From a virus (taxonomy: Duplodnaviria > Caudoviricetes): DNA of 57,495 nucleotides. Of this stretch, positions 24,438 to 34,201 are shown in pieces; the stretch's first letter is position 1, and each line of letters begins with the position of its first letter. The position numbers and the translations under genes were made by a program. Below the pieces are notes generated by a model. The model saw nothing but the letters and a program-made list of their open reading frames with translations. It had not been told where the DNA came from and did no database searches. The stretch spans positions 1 to 57,495 of the IMG/VR virus record IMGVR_UViG_3300034071_002361; one strand, 5' to 3'.

Positions 24438-26819
24438 ATGATCACCCAGCAGCAGGCGCTCGAATCCAACGAGGCCAAAGAGGCCGAAGTCGTCGACATC
24501 GCAGAAGACGAGGGTTCCGAGAAGCGAGCCGCCGAAGAGGCCATGGCTCGACGCATCTCGACCATGGACCGCATCGGCGACACGCTCGATGGCCACCTCG
24601 CCGAGGCCGTGCAATTCCGCTCGTCCTTCGAGCGCATGTGGATCGAGGACATCCGCCAGTTCGAGTACGGCGATGCCGGCGAAGGCGCTGGCGCAACGCC
24701 GACCAAGCAGTACAGCAGCGACGAGGAGTGGAAGTCGGTGACCGACAACGTCACCCGCTTCTCGACGATCACCTTCGCCGCCCGGCTTGGCGACATGCTG
24801 TTCCCGACGAACGACCGCAACTGGGACATGGACAAGACGCCGGAGCCCGAGCTTCCTCCGGAGGTCATGCAGAACCTCGAGTCCACGCTGCAGATGATGG
24901 CCTCCGAGGGCAAGATCTCCAGCGAGGCCATGGCCGAACGTCTCGAGGAAATGGTTCTCGAGGTGGCGAGCAAGCGCATGGACAAGATGCGCACCAAGAT
25001 GGACGACCAGCTCACCGAGGCTCGCTACGCCGACAGCGGGCGCGAGCTGATCATGGACGGATGCAAGATTGGCCACGGCGTCATGAAGGGCCCGTTCCCG
25101 AAAGCGAAGAAGCGCCGCCGCTACAAGGCCGGCATGGGCTACGCCGCGGTGATGGAGGAGGTCATGACCGATCCGTGCGTCAAGCGCGTCGATCCGTGGC
25201 TCGTGTTCCCGCGCCCCTGCCGCCGCATCGAAGACTGCCCGGGCGTGTTCGAGCTGCACGAGCTTTCGTCGAAGCGCGTCAGCGACCTGCGCATGCAGCC
25301 GGGCTTCAGTGAGCTGCAGGTCGAGCGCCTCCTCCAGATGGCTCCGACGTGGGCCAGTGTGAGCAGCACCCTCGTGTCGATGCAGCAGCTCGAGGAGGCG
25401 ACCATCACCGGCCGCAACGAGAACTATGCCGTGATGGAGTACCACGGCCAGATGCCTCGCGAGGCTGTCGACATCTTCATCGAGCAGCTGCTGTCCGAGC
25501 AGAAGATCAGCGAGGAGGCGCGCGCCAAGATCGTCTCGGAGATCGAGCGCCGCAACAGCCTGCACCTCAACTGCAACGTCTGGTTCTCCCAAGGCGTCGT
25601 GCTCAAGGTGTCGGTGTCCCCGGTGGACTACGACCACTGCATGTACAAGTTCTTCCGCTTCGAAGAGAACGAGGCCTCTCCGTTCGGCAAGGGCATCCCG
25701 CGCATCCTGCGCGACACGCAGCGCGGCATCACCGTCCTGTGGCGGGCCATCATGCTCAACGCGATCATGGCCGCCGCTCCGCAGATCGCCTTGGCCAAGG
25801 GCTACCTCGAGCCCGAGGGCGGCGGGTCATCCGGCCCGAAGAACCTCCGCTTCGATAAGCCGCGCGTCTGGTCCTTCATCGGCGAGATCGACGACATCCG
25901 CAAGGTGTTCCAAGTCTTCACCGTTCCGTCGACGGTCGGCACCACGCTGCCCGTCTACGAGCGCGCGAAGCAGAATGCGCAGGAGCAGACCATGCTCCCG
26001 CTCATTGCGCAGGGCGAGCCGACGCAGGCTGTGCCGACCAGCTCCGGGCTCGCGATGCTGATGAACGCCAGCAACATCGTGCAGCGCCGTCTGGCTGCGA
26101 GGTTCGATGCCGAGATCACCACGCCGATCATCCAGAGCCTGTACGACTGGAACATGGAGTTCGGGCCGGACGAGGCGAAGGGCGACTACAAGGTCGTGGC
26201 CCGCGCGTCCTCGCACCTGCTGGTCAAGGACATTCAGGCCCAGCACTTCATGACCGCGCTCAGCCTGTACGCCAGCAACCCCAAGCTCGAGCCGCGCATG
26301 CGCTGGGATGCTTGGGCCGAGGAGGGCATGAAGATCCTCGACATGCCGGCCAGCCGCTTCCTGCTGAGCGAGGAGGAGTTCGAGGCTGCTCAGGCCGAAG
26401 CCGCCAAGAACGCGACGCCGGACCCGGAGACCATGAAGGCCGAGGCTGCGGTGAAGGTCGCCGATGCGCGAGTCATGGAGGCGCAGTCCGGCGCCGAGCA
26501 CAAGGCCCGGTCGCTGGAGCTGCAGGCCGAGGATCGCGGCCTCGACTTCGAGGATCGCATCGCCGACCGCGAGAGCCGCGAACGCATCGCCGCGATGGCC
26601 GTGCAGCAGGCGCTCGCCGGGCTCGATGCCGATGGGCAGGCGCGCGTCATGGAGCTGCAGGCGAAGATGCAGAGCGACGCCGATCGCAATGCGACCCAGA
26701 CCCGCATCGCCGGCATGAAAGCCGCGGAGAAGGCGCAGGAGATCGCAGCGCGCGAGCGTGCCGACCAGCGCGAGGTCGAGGCCGAGCAGCGCCGGCCCGA
26801 AGGCCCGGTTCTGGCCTAA
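24438..26819 (+). CDS. Portal protein
   Basis: 793 aa directly after TerL; G.GVMKGP, RVDPW.VFP, PFGKGIP..LRD.Q, T.SGLAMLMNA; long C-terminal helical barrel. Confidence 0.9.
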   Translation: MITQQQALESNEAKEAEVVDIAEDEGSEKRAAEEAMARRISTMDRIGDTLDGHLAEAVQFRSSFERMWIEDIRQFEYGDAGEGAGATPTKQYSSDEEWKSVTDNVTRFSTITFAARLGDMLFPTNDRNWDMDKTPEPELPPEVMQNLESTLQMMASEGKISSEAMAERLEEMVLEVASKRMDKMRTKMDDQLTEARYADSGRELIMDGCKIGHGVMKGPFPKAKKRRRYKAGMGYAAVMEEVMTDPCVKRVDPWLVFPRPCRRIEDCPGVFELHELSSKRVSDLRMQPGFSELQVERLLQMAPTWASVSSTLVSMQQLEEATITGRNENYAVMEYHGQMPREAVDIFIEQLLSEQKISEEARAKIVSEIERRNSLHLNCNVWFSQGVVLKVSVSPVDYDHCMYKFFRFEENEASPFGKGIPRILRDTQRGITVLWRAIMLNAIMAAAPQIALAKGYLEPEGGGSSGPKNLRFDKPRVWSFIGEIDDIRKVFQVFTVPSTVGTTLPVYERAKQNAQEQTMLPLIAQGEPTQAVPTSSGLAMLMNASNIVQRRLAARFDAEITTPIIQSLYDWNMEFGPDEAKGDYKVVARASSHLLVKDIQAQHFMTALSLYASNPKLEPRMRWDAWAEEGMKILDMPASRFLLSEEEFEAAQAEAAKNATPDPETMKAEAAVKVADARVMEAQSGAEHKARSLELQAEDRGLDFEDRIADRESRERIAAMAVQQALAGLDADGQARVMELQAKMQSDADRNATQTRIAGMKAAEKAQEIAARERADQREVEAEQRRPEGPVLA

Positions 26820-26822
26820 GCC

Positions 26823-27026
26823 ATGGAGAGCCCGAACATCCGAATCAACCGCCACTCATCCGAGTGGCGCCAGATCCGCGCCTACATCGAAGCGCGGCTA
26901 ATCGAGCACCGGAAGGCGCTTGAAAGTTCGCTCGTGCCAGTCGAGAGAGTCCCCTCGCTGCGCGCCCGAATCGACGAGCTGAATCTGCTGCTCAAAGCCA
27001 ACCCCGAGGAGCAAGACCATGAGTGA
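26823..27026 (+). CDS. Small conserved protein between portal and scaffold
   Basis: SSEWRQIRAYIEARL...LRARI.EL pattern. Confidence 0.7.
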   Translation: MESPNIRINRHSSEWRQIRAYIEARLIEHRKALESSLVPVERVPSLRARIDELNLLLKANPEEQDHE

Positions 27027-28038
27027 CCCGAACGATCGCTATGCCGGACTGACCGATGAAGAGCGCGCCTTTGCCGAAGGCCTTGGCGACGACTTCGAGC
27101 CGACGCCGGCCGAGGGCGGCACGCCGCAGGATCCGCCGCAGGAGGGCGACCCGGGCGAACCCGGCGAGCAGGGGGTTGACACCCCGGAAAGTGCTGACCA
27201 GCCTGAGGGGCAAGACGACCCGCTGGCCGCGCTTCCCGAGGACATTCGGAACCGCTACGTCGAGCTGGAGTCTGCCCAACGGACGTTGGCAGCCGAACTC
27301 GAAAAGGTGCAGGCCCGCGAGGCCCAGCTCCGCAACGACAACGCAGCCATGGCCGGAAGGCTCAAGCCGCTGCAGCAGCGGCTCGCTGAGTTGGAACGCG
27401 GCCCTGCGCCGCGAACCGAGGGGTCAGTGGATGCAGGCGCCGACGAGATCGCCGCCCTGTTCGCCACCGAAGACTTCGCCGAGTTCGAGCGCATGTTCCC
27501 GCACGAGGCCAAGCTCCAGAAGGAGAAGATCCTCGGAGCCGTCTCTCTCACCGAGAAGAAGCTGCAGTCGGAGATCGCGGGCCTCAAGCGTCAGCTCGAG
27601 GACTTCACCCCGGTGATCGATCAGCTCCGCACGCAGAGGGAAGAGCTGGATTGGCAGAAGCGAGTCGATGCCCTTGCATCCGCTCACCCTGACTTCCAGC
27701 AGATCGACAAGCAGCCCGAGTTCTGGAACTGGTTCAACGGCGAGTACACCGCCAACCAGCCCGCGATCATCCGGCAGCAGCTTCTCGATCCCGCTGTGCG
27801 CAAGCAGATCTTCTCGGACCCCGAATCCACCTCGGCGATCCTGACCACCTACAAGAAGGCCCGCACCCCCGCGACGACGACCGCCGCACCGCCAGCGCCC
27901 AGTGCGCCGGCAGCCAAGGAAGTCGACCCGCGGCTTGCTCTTTCCGTCGCTCCGAACGTCGGCAGCAGCGCCACTCGCGCAGTGAACATCGCTGCCCTGC
28001 CGCCCGAAGAGCAGTTCCTCGCAGGCCTCAACTCCTAA
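27019..28038 (+). CDS. Capsid scaffolding protein
   Basis: Acidic N-terminus, coiled coil, HPDF...PEFWNW motif; directly upstream of capsid gene. Confidence 0.8.
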   Translation: MSDPNDRYAGLTDEERAFAEGLGDDFEPTPAEGGTPQDPPQEGDPGEPGEQGVDTPESADQPEGQDDPLAALPEDIRNRYVELESAQRTLAAELEKVQAREAQLRNDNAAMAGRLKPLQQRLAELERGPAPRTEGSVDAGADEIAALFATEDFAEFERMFPHEAKLQKEKILGAVSLTEKKLQSEIAGLKRQLEDFTPVIDQLRTQREELDWQKRVDALASAHPDFQQIDKQPEFWNWFNGEYTANQPAIIRQQLLDPAVRKQIFSDPESTSAILTTYKKARTPATTTAAPPAPSAPAAKEVDPRLALSVAPNVGSSATRAVNIAALPPEEQFLAGLNS

Positions 28039-28056
28039 AACCCAGCAGGCAACCAC

Positions 28057-29094
28057 ATGGCACTCCAGACTCATCAGGCCTCCAACCCGGCCACCGGCAA
28101 TCCCACCAACCTCTACTCGCTTGGCAAGGTGCTCAAGTCGATCGACGGTGTCTTCGTCCTCGACCGCCTCGTCAAGGTGTACCCGGTCCCGATGAACAAG
28201 AACGAGACGGTGCTGATGGTCCGCTCGATCACCCCCGACCCGCGCCTCACCGAGGTGGCGGAAGGCGTCAACCCGCCCTCGCGCGCCCTCGTGTACGAGT
28301 CGGTGCAGGTCACGCTCGGCGAGTTCGCCGAGGTGTTCGCCGTCTCGAGCCGTCAGGCCGAGCTGGGCGAGACCGACGTCCTGATGGACTCGAAGGACCG
28401 CCTCGTCGACCTGATGCGCCGCACCCGCGAGAAGAACGCTTGGTTCGCCTTCCGCAACGGCACCCAGCGCATCTTCAACGCCACGGCCCACACCGCCCGG
28501 TCGCAGGTCAACGGCGCCATCTCGCTCGGCGCGATCCGCACCGCGGTCCGCACCCTGCAGAACGCCCGCGCGGCCTACATCCGCCAGATCAGCAACGGCT
28601 CCGTGAACAACGGCACGACCGCCACCGAGGCGGCGTACCTGTGCATCACGCACACCGACGCGCAGGCCGACATCCGCGCGCTCCCGGGCTTCGTGCCGCT
28701 GGCCAACATCGGCGGCGGCGCGCGCAACATCCCCGAGCTGTTCGGGCAGGTGGACAACGTGATGTTCATCACGTCGCCCGAGTTCGACCCGTTCTTCGGC
28801 GAAGGCGCCGGCAGCCCGACGGCGCTCAACATGCGCTCGGTGGGCGGCGCCAACGTCGACGTCTACAGCTACGTCATCTTCGGCGCCGAGGCCCTCGGCA
28901 AGTGCAACCTGCGCGGCAAGAGCCAGAGCGGCCTTGGCGCGGTCGAGATGAACGTGCTCGACAAGGCGGACAAGTCGGACGCCACGAACCAGCGCCGTCT
29001 GGTCTCGTGCCGCTGGTGGGATGCTCCGCTGATCCTGCAGCAGCAGCACGTCGTCCGCATCGAGGCGGGCGTCACCGACAAGCTCTACACCTGA
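28057..29094 (+). CDS. Major capsid protein (N4-gp56-like)
   Basis: P.N...TV...EGVNP, Y..ITHTD...DIR.LPGF.P, ELFGQVDNV.F, DVYS..IFG..A, DK.D.TNQR. Confidence 0.9.
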   Translation: MALQTHQASNPATGNPTNLYSLGKVLKSIDGVFVLDRLVKVYPVPMNKNETVLMVRSITPDPRLTEVAEGVNPPSRALVYESVQVTLGEFAEVFAVSSRQAELGETDVLMDSKDRLVDLMRRTREKNAWFAFRNGTQRIFNATAHTARSQVNGAISLGAIRTAVRTLQNARAAYIRQISNGSVNNGTTATEAAYLCITHTDAQADIRALPGFVPLANIGGGARNIPELFGQVDNVMFITSPEFDPFFGEGAGSPTALNMRSVGGANVDVYSYVIFGAEALGKCNLRGKSQSGLGAVEMNVLDKADKSDATNQRRLVSCRWWDAPLILQQQHVVRIEAGVTDKLYT

Positions 29095-29099
29095 CCAAC

Positions 29100-29123
29100 A
29101 GGGGCGGGATGATCCCCGCCCCT
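29100..29123 (+). other. Stem-loop after the capsid gene (no U tract)
   Basis: AGGGGCGGG-ATGATC-CCCGCCCCT. Confidence 0.6.
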
Positions 29124-29142
29124 AACCACAAGGGAAACGAAC

Positions 29143-29625
29143 ATGGCACTCCTCTACTCCAACCTCTACGGTCTGGCCCCGAACGCCGGCACCCCGACGT
29201 GGACCTATCGCGGCCCGCAGATGGAGCGACGCGGTCAGGTGGTCCTGCGCTTTGCCCAGTACACCGGCGCGATCACGTTCAACGCCTCGCCGGCGCTGAA
29301 CGACATCCTGTACATCGGCGGCGGCTTCCTCGCCGGCGAGAAGGTCAAGCGCATCACCAACACGCGCTCGGCGGATCCGGACTCGGCCAACGACTTCACG
29401 TTCAACCTCGGCTGGCGCATCGGCACGGCGGCCACCCCGGGCTCGGCGTTCGCTGCGGCGAGCACCGGCATGCAGGCCACCACCGCGTTCGAAGTCGGCG
29501 AGGCTGCGGCCCTGCCGATCCAAGCCGCGGCCGAGAACGACGACCTGATCCTGACCGCCACCGCCGGTGCGGCCGAGGTCACGACCGCGGTCCACACGTT
29601 CCTCGTCGAGTCGTATATCCCCTGA
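29143..29625 (+). CDS. Capsid decoration/minor capsid protein
   Basis: Beta-rich 160 aa directly after MCP. Confidence 0.6.
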   Translation: MALLYSNLYGLAPNAGTPTWTYRGPQMERRGQVVLRFAQYTGAITFNASPALNDILYIGGGFLAGEKVKRITNTRSADPDSANDFTFNLGWRIGTAATPGSAFAAASTGMQATTAFEVGEAAALPIQAAAENDDLILTATAGAAEVTTAVHTFLVESYIP

Positions 29626-29653
29626 CGGGCGCAGGTCTGCCAGCGGTAACATC

Positions 29654-29683
29654 GGGAGCGGCCCCGTCTGGGGCCGCTTCCCT
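29654..29683 (+). terminator. Hairpin/weak terminator after capsid genes
   Basis: GGGAGCGGCCCC-GTCT-GGGGCCGCTTCCC; poor U tract. Confidence 0.5.
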
Positions 29684-29703
29684 ATCCGCCACCGGAGCCT
29701 GAA

Positions 29704-30459
29704 ATGCCCGCCACGAACATCATCCCCATCGACGAGGCCATCAAGGCGCGGTTCTCGTCGAGCACGACCGAAGAGCTGCAGCAGTACCTGTCCGACGCCG
29801 GCATCGAGTTCGTCTCGACCGAGCCGCAGGACAGCCTGCGACGCAAGTGCCTCGCCATGGTCGGCCTGTCGTCTTCCGATCCCGTCCAGACCCCGGACAA
29901 GAAAGTCGCCGGCAAGAAGTCGACGAAGGAAGACATCGTCCCGCCGTACCGCCTCGACCCGAACGGCCTCTGGGCCGGGCGCAAGTGGCGAGTCCGCGTT
30001 CCGCGCCCCGACGGCAACACGCAGGCCAAGGCCGCGGTGTACTCGTGGAACGGCAAGCGCGAGATGTGGGTGCCGTACGAGGAAGTCGTCAGCATCCCCG
30101 AGCCGATCTACCAGATCATGCTCGACCTCAAGCGCACGATGCACCGCACCGAGGAGATCCCGGGCAGCAAGGGCGAGATGACCACGGTCTTCGAGTTCGC
30201 CGACTTCAGCCTGCAGATCATCGGCATCGACCCGCTCACGGCGGATCGCGCCGGCTCGATCACCGAGTGGTATCAGTGGAAGAAGCCGAGCTGGTTCCGC
30301 AAGCGCAACACGCGCGAGCTGCAGCAGATCGCCGGCATGCTCGACATCGACGTCCGCAAGCGCGACGTCAATCGCACCAGCAAGGCTGACGACGAGCTGA
30401 TCGCCGACATCCTGCTGTTCCTGTTCGCTGACGCGAACGCAGAAGACGCGGAAACGTGA
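29704..30459 (+). CDS. Hypothetical virion morphogenesis protein
   Basis: 251 aa, GGAG SD, in the head-tail region. Confidence 0.65.
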   Translation: MPATNIIPIDEAIKARFSSSTTEELQQYLSDAGIEFVSTEPQDSLRRKCLAMVGLSSSDPVQTPDKKVAGKKSTKEDIVPPYRLDPNGLWAGRKWRVRVPRPDGNTQAKAAVYSWNGKREMWVPYEEVVSIPEPIYQIMLDLKRTMHRTEEIPGSKGEMTTVFEFADFSLQIIGIDPLTADRAGSITEWYQWKKPSWFRKRNTRELQQIAGMLDIDVRKRDVNRTSKADDELIADILLFLFADANAEDAET

Positions 30460-30463
30460 CCCC

Positions 30464-31165
30464 ATGAACTTCCTCGAGCTTGTCCAGAAAGGCTATGGCA
30501 TTTCGCGTGCCGGGCAGGGCGACATCTTTGCCGAGCCGGACACCGTCGCCAACCAGACTGGCAAGCTCAGGGAGTTCGTGGAGTTCGTCGCGATGTCGTG
30601 GGAAGACATCCAGAGCAGCCAGCCCTCGTGGCGCTTCATGCGTCGCGAGGGAACGCTGACCTTGCCCCAAGGCCAGACGACCGTCTCCCCGTCCGCCATC
30701 TCCGACTTCGAGTCGATCGTGCTCGCTGATCCGGATGGCCGCGGCCGCTCCATCTCCCTGTATCGCGAAAGCGTGGCCGATGAGCAGACCGTCCGCTTCG
30801 TTGCTTGGGGCGACTGGCAGCAGAGCTACCTGCAGCGCGGAGCCCGCGGCGTTGGCCAGCCGGGCTGCTTCACCATCAAGCCTGACGGAGACCTCGAGTT
30901 CGACCTCGAGGCTGATGCCGCTTACACGGTGAAGCTGTACTACAAGCGCAGCCCTCAGCCGCTTCAGCAGGACACCGATGAGCCGATCATGCCGGCCAAG
31001 TACCACAAGGCGATCTTCTGGTGGGCTCTGGCCAACTACTACTGCACGAGTCGTCCGGACGCCAAAGCGTTCGAGGCGTCGTGCCGCAGGAACCTCAATC
31101 GCGAGATGCGAGTCCTGCATCACGAGCAGCTCGATGAGCACCTCAGCGTCGAGGTGACGGCGTGA
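30464..31165 (+). CDS. Head-tail adaptor (tail tubular protein A-like)
   Basis: MNFLELVQ...W.DIQ....WRFM...D..YTV...Y...PQ.L..DTDEP.MP..YH.AI. Confidence 0.8.
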   Translation: MNFLELVQKGYGISRAGQGDIFAEPDTVANQTGKLREFVEFVAMSWEDIQSSQPSWRFMRREGTLTLPQGQTTVSPSAISDFESIVLADPDGRGRSISLYRESVADEQTVRFVAWGDWQQSYLQRGARGVGQPGCFTIKPDGDLEFDLEADAAYTVKLYYKRSPQPLQQDTDEPIMPAKYHKAIFWWALANYYCTSRPDAKAFEASCRRNLNREMRVLHHEQLDEHLSVEVTA

Positions 31166-34100
31166 GCCGCGCGCCGGCCATTGCGCTGACCGGCGGCCTC
31201 GACCTCACGACGCCAGCGCCGCTCGCCCGCCCCGGCACTCTCGCCGACTGCGAGAACTACGAGGTCGGCAGCCGTGTCGGCTACACCCGCGTCGACGGGT
31301 TCGAGCGCTTCGACGGGCGTCCGGGCGTCGCCGAGTTCCGCTGCCTGCGCTTGTCGATCTCAGGCATCTCTGGCTCGTTCTCGCTGCGCGATCGCATCAT
31401 CTTCGCGACCGGCATGCCGGCCCTCGGCCATCAGGGCGTCGATGGCTACATCGCCAGCATCAGCCAGAGCGGCTCGAGCGCGACGATCAGCGTCATCTTC
31501 GCCGGCGGCATGTCCGACCCGATTGTTCCGGACACCATCACCAACCAGACCGGAACGGGCTCGGCCAACTGCACCGCGTTCGAGTCGCTGTCCGTCCCTG
31601 ACGGCGAGCAGCAGGACTTCGACTATGCGCTCCTGCAGCTTGCCACCTCGCGGCGCGCCGAGATCGAGACGGTGCCGGGTCGCGCCGGCAGCGACGTGCT
31701 TGGCGGCTTCCTGTTCAAGAACAACGTCTACGCCATCCGCGATCTTCCGCGGGTCAACTTCGAGGGCGGTTACTACACCGACTCCGACGAAGGGCTGCAC
31801 ATCACGATTGATCTCGTCGAGTACAAGATCCTCGATGTCGTGGTGCTTGGCGAGCAGTCGGGCTATGTCGTCTACGACCCGGTCCCCGCCAGCGGCACCG
31901 ATGCCGTTGGCATCGATTCGCCAACGCTGGCATCGCTGCCGCTCAGCGGTTCGCTCAGCTCGGGGTTCGTCGGCATCCCGTACTCCGACGGCCTGTCCGT
32001 AAGCGGCGGCGTCGCCCCGTACTTCTGGTCGCTGGCAGAGAGCGACACAGGCGCTCCTGCACCGCCCGAGCCCGGAGACCTGTCGGAGGTCACGCTGCAG
32101 TCGGAGGTCACGCCAGCGGCGCTGTGGCGCGCCACGAGCACTGGCTGGTCGCGCGTGGACCTCGGCCGAGAGATGGCCTTCACCGGCGGAACCAGCTTCC
32201 TGCGCAACACGCCCCGGGCACTGAGCCTCGACGCGGCCGACGTCAAGACGTCGGCATGGCTGTTTCCGACGACCAGCACCATCAACACGGTCAGTGCGCC
32301 GAACATCAATGCCGACGACGGCACGACTGCATCGCTCGGCGGTGCCGACGGGCAGACGGTCCTGTGCAAGGGGTTCAGCTTCACCAGCATCCCTGCCGGC
32401 GCCCAGATCCTCGGCATCGAGGTTCGCATCGAGCGCCAGTCCAACGTCGGCAACAAGGCCTTCGATGGCGCCGTCATCCTGACCGGCGTCAGCGGCGGCG
32501 TGCAGAACAAGGCGGCTGGCGAGTGGCCGACCGCCCTGACCCTCGCCACGTACGGCGGCGCCGACGACCTGTGGGGCAGCGAGAACATCACGCGAGACGT
32601 GCTCGGTGATCCCGAGTTCGGCGTCATGTTCCTCGTGCGCCGCTCGAATCCGGCCAACGCCATCGTCGCGACGATCGACCACGTGTCGATCAGGGTGACG
32701 TACGCGGAGCGCGCCGGCATGCCGGCCTTCCTGTGGGACGGCACATCGGACGTCCCGGTCACCATCATCAACGTGCAAGCCCTGTCCGGAGACTTCGGCG
32801 CATCGAGTGCCGCCGGCTACATCACCATGACCGCGGCGGTGAACTCTGCCAAGCCGCGACTGGTCAAGGTCGGCGACCAGATCCGCAGCGCCGCGGCCGG
32901 CGGCGGCAACCTGCTCGGCGTCGTCGCCTCGCGTGACCGCCCCATCTTCCTGCCCGGGCAGTTCGAGGTCGACAACAACCGAAGCGCGTACCGCTGGGAG
33001 CAGTACAACTTCTTTGGCGAGGACCGCTACACCTCCATGTACGGCGTCAGCGGCGCTGGCCCTGCGATGTCGTTCGACGGAACCAACGCGATCAAGATCC
33101 GCGTCCCGCTCTCGCCGGGGCAGGATGTCCCGAGGCATATCGCGAAGCACGGAACCATGCTTGCCCTCGGCTACTTCAGCGGCGCGGTCATCTTCTCGGC
33201 CGTTGGCGAGCCGACCGAAATGCGCGCTGCCTTCGGCGCCGCCGCAATCGAGGTTGGCGACAGGCTCACCGCCCTTGCCCCGGGCGGCGGTGATGCGCTG
33301 ACCATCGTGTGCGAGGCCAGCACCTACGTGCTGCGAGGACTGTCGCAGTCGGTGTTCACGCAGAACACCGTCAGCGCGCGACGCGGCGCGATCGAATACA
33401 CGCTTGCCGATCCGGGCAAGACGATCATCGCCGACAGCTTCGGCCTCTTCATCGCCGACTCGCCGGAAAGCTTTGAGCCGGCAAACCGCCAGTACATGAG
33501 CGAGCCCGTGCAGCCGTGGCTGCGCGAGCGACTGCAGGCGACCATCAGCAACGAGCAGCGCTTCCTGCGTCCCGTTGCGGCGCTGGCTGTTCGGTCGAAG
33601 AACCAGTACCGCCTGTACTTCCGCGATGGCCGCGTGCTCACGATGACGATGAGCAATGCCGGAATCGAGATCACCAAGCAGCGCCTCTACTCCGGAAGCG
33701 AGGGCCTTGTCGTTCGAAACATCTGGACGGGCATCGACGCCAGCGGACGCGAGCGAATCTTCTGCTCGTTCAATGCGGCCAAGCAGGGCTACGTGTTCGA
33801 GGCGGATGTTGGCCGATCGTTCGACGGCGAGGCGGTCAGTGCGTTCTTCGTGCTGAACCCCTACAACGCCGGCAGCATCAGTCAGGACAAGGTCATCGAT
33901 CGCTGGTTCTTCGGCGGCACTGGCGGCTACGCCTCGCTTCAGTGGTCGGTAGGCGTCGACGGCAAGTACCCGGACGGTGGCCAGCAGCAGGCCGACCTCG
34001 GCCGCGCGTCGGACGATTCGACGCCACAGAACGGCAGCCGCCGCGCGGCCAAGATGGGCAGCGTCGACCGCCCTGCCGAGGGCAAGGACTTCCTGCTCAG

Positions 34101-34200
34101 GGTCGACAGCTTGACCGACAGCGAGGCGCCGCACAGCCTGCAGTACATCGAACCGTTCATGGAAGCCCGTGGCGACAGCCGCGGCAACCGAGGAAACTGA
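31162..34200 (+). CDS. Tail nozzle/DNA stabilization protein (tubular protein B-like) with inserted domains
   Basis: LTGGLDLTTP...PG.L..CENYE....GY.R.DGFERFDG N-terminus and KNQYRLYF.DG C-terminal motif. Confidence 0.8.
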   Translation: MSRAPAIALTGGLDLTTPAPLARPGTLADCENYEVGSRVGYTRVDGFERFDGRPGVAEFRCLRLSISGISGSFSLRDRIIFATGMPALGHQGVDGYIASISQSGSSATISVIFAGGMSDPIVPDTITNQTGTGSANCTAFESLSVPDGEQQDFDYALLQLATSRRAEIETVPGRAGSDVLGGFLFKNNVYAIRDLPRVNFEGGYYTDSDEGLHITIDLVEYKILDVVVLGEQSGYVVYDPVPASGTDAVGIDSPTLASLPLSGSLSSGFVGIPYSDGLSVSGGVAPYFWSLAESDTGAPAPPEPGDLSEVTLQSEVTPAALWRATSTGWSRVDLGREMAFTGGTSFLRNTPRALSLDAADVKTSAWLFPTTSTINTVSAPNINADDGTTASLGGADGQTVLCKGFSFTSIPAGAQILGIEVRIERQSNVGNKAFDGAVILTGVSGGVQNKAAGEWPTALTLATYGGADDLWGSENITRDVLGDPEFGVMFLVRRSNPANAIVATIDHVSIRVTYAERAGMPAFLWDGTSDVPVTIINVQALSGDFGASSAAGYITMTAAVNSAKPRLVKVGDQIRSAAAGGGNLLGVVASRDRPIFLPGQFEVDNNRSAYRWEQYNFFGEDRYTSMYGVSGAGPAMSFDGTNAIKIRVPLSPGQDVPRHIAKHGTMLALGYFSGAVIFSAVGEPTEMRAAFGAAAIEVGDRLTALAPGGGDALTIVCEASTYVLRGLSQSVFTQNTVSARRGAIEYTLADPGKTIIADSFGLFIADSPESFEPANRQYMSEPVQPWLRERLQATISNEQRFLRPVAALAVRSKNQYRLYFRDGRVLTMTMSNAGIEITKQRLYSGSEGLVVRNIWTGIDASGRERIFCSFNAAKQGYVFEADVGRSFDGEAVSAFFVLNPYNAGSISQDKVIDRWFFGGTGGYASLQWSVGVDGKYPDGGQQQADLGRASDDSTPQNGSRRAAKMGSVDRPAEGKDFLLRVDSLTDSEAPHSLQYIEPFMEARGDSRGNRGN

Positions 34201-34201
34201 A

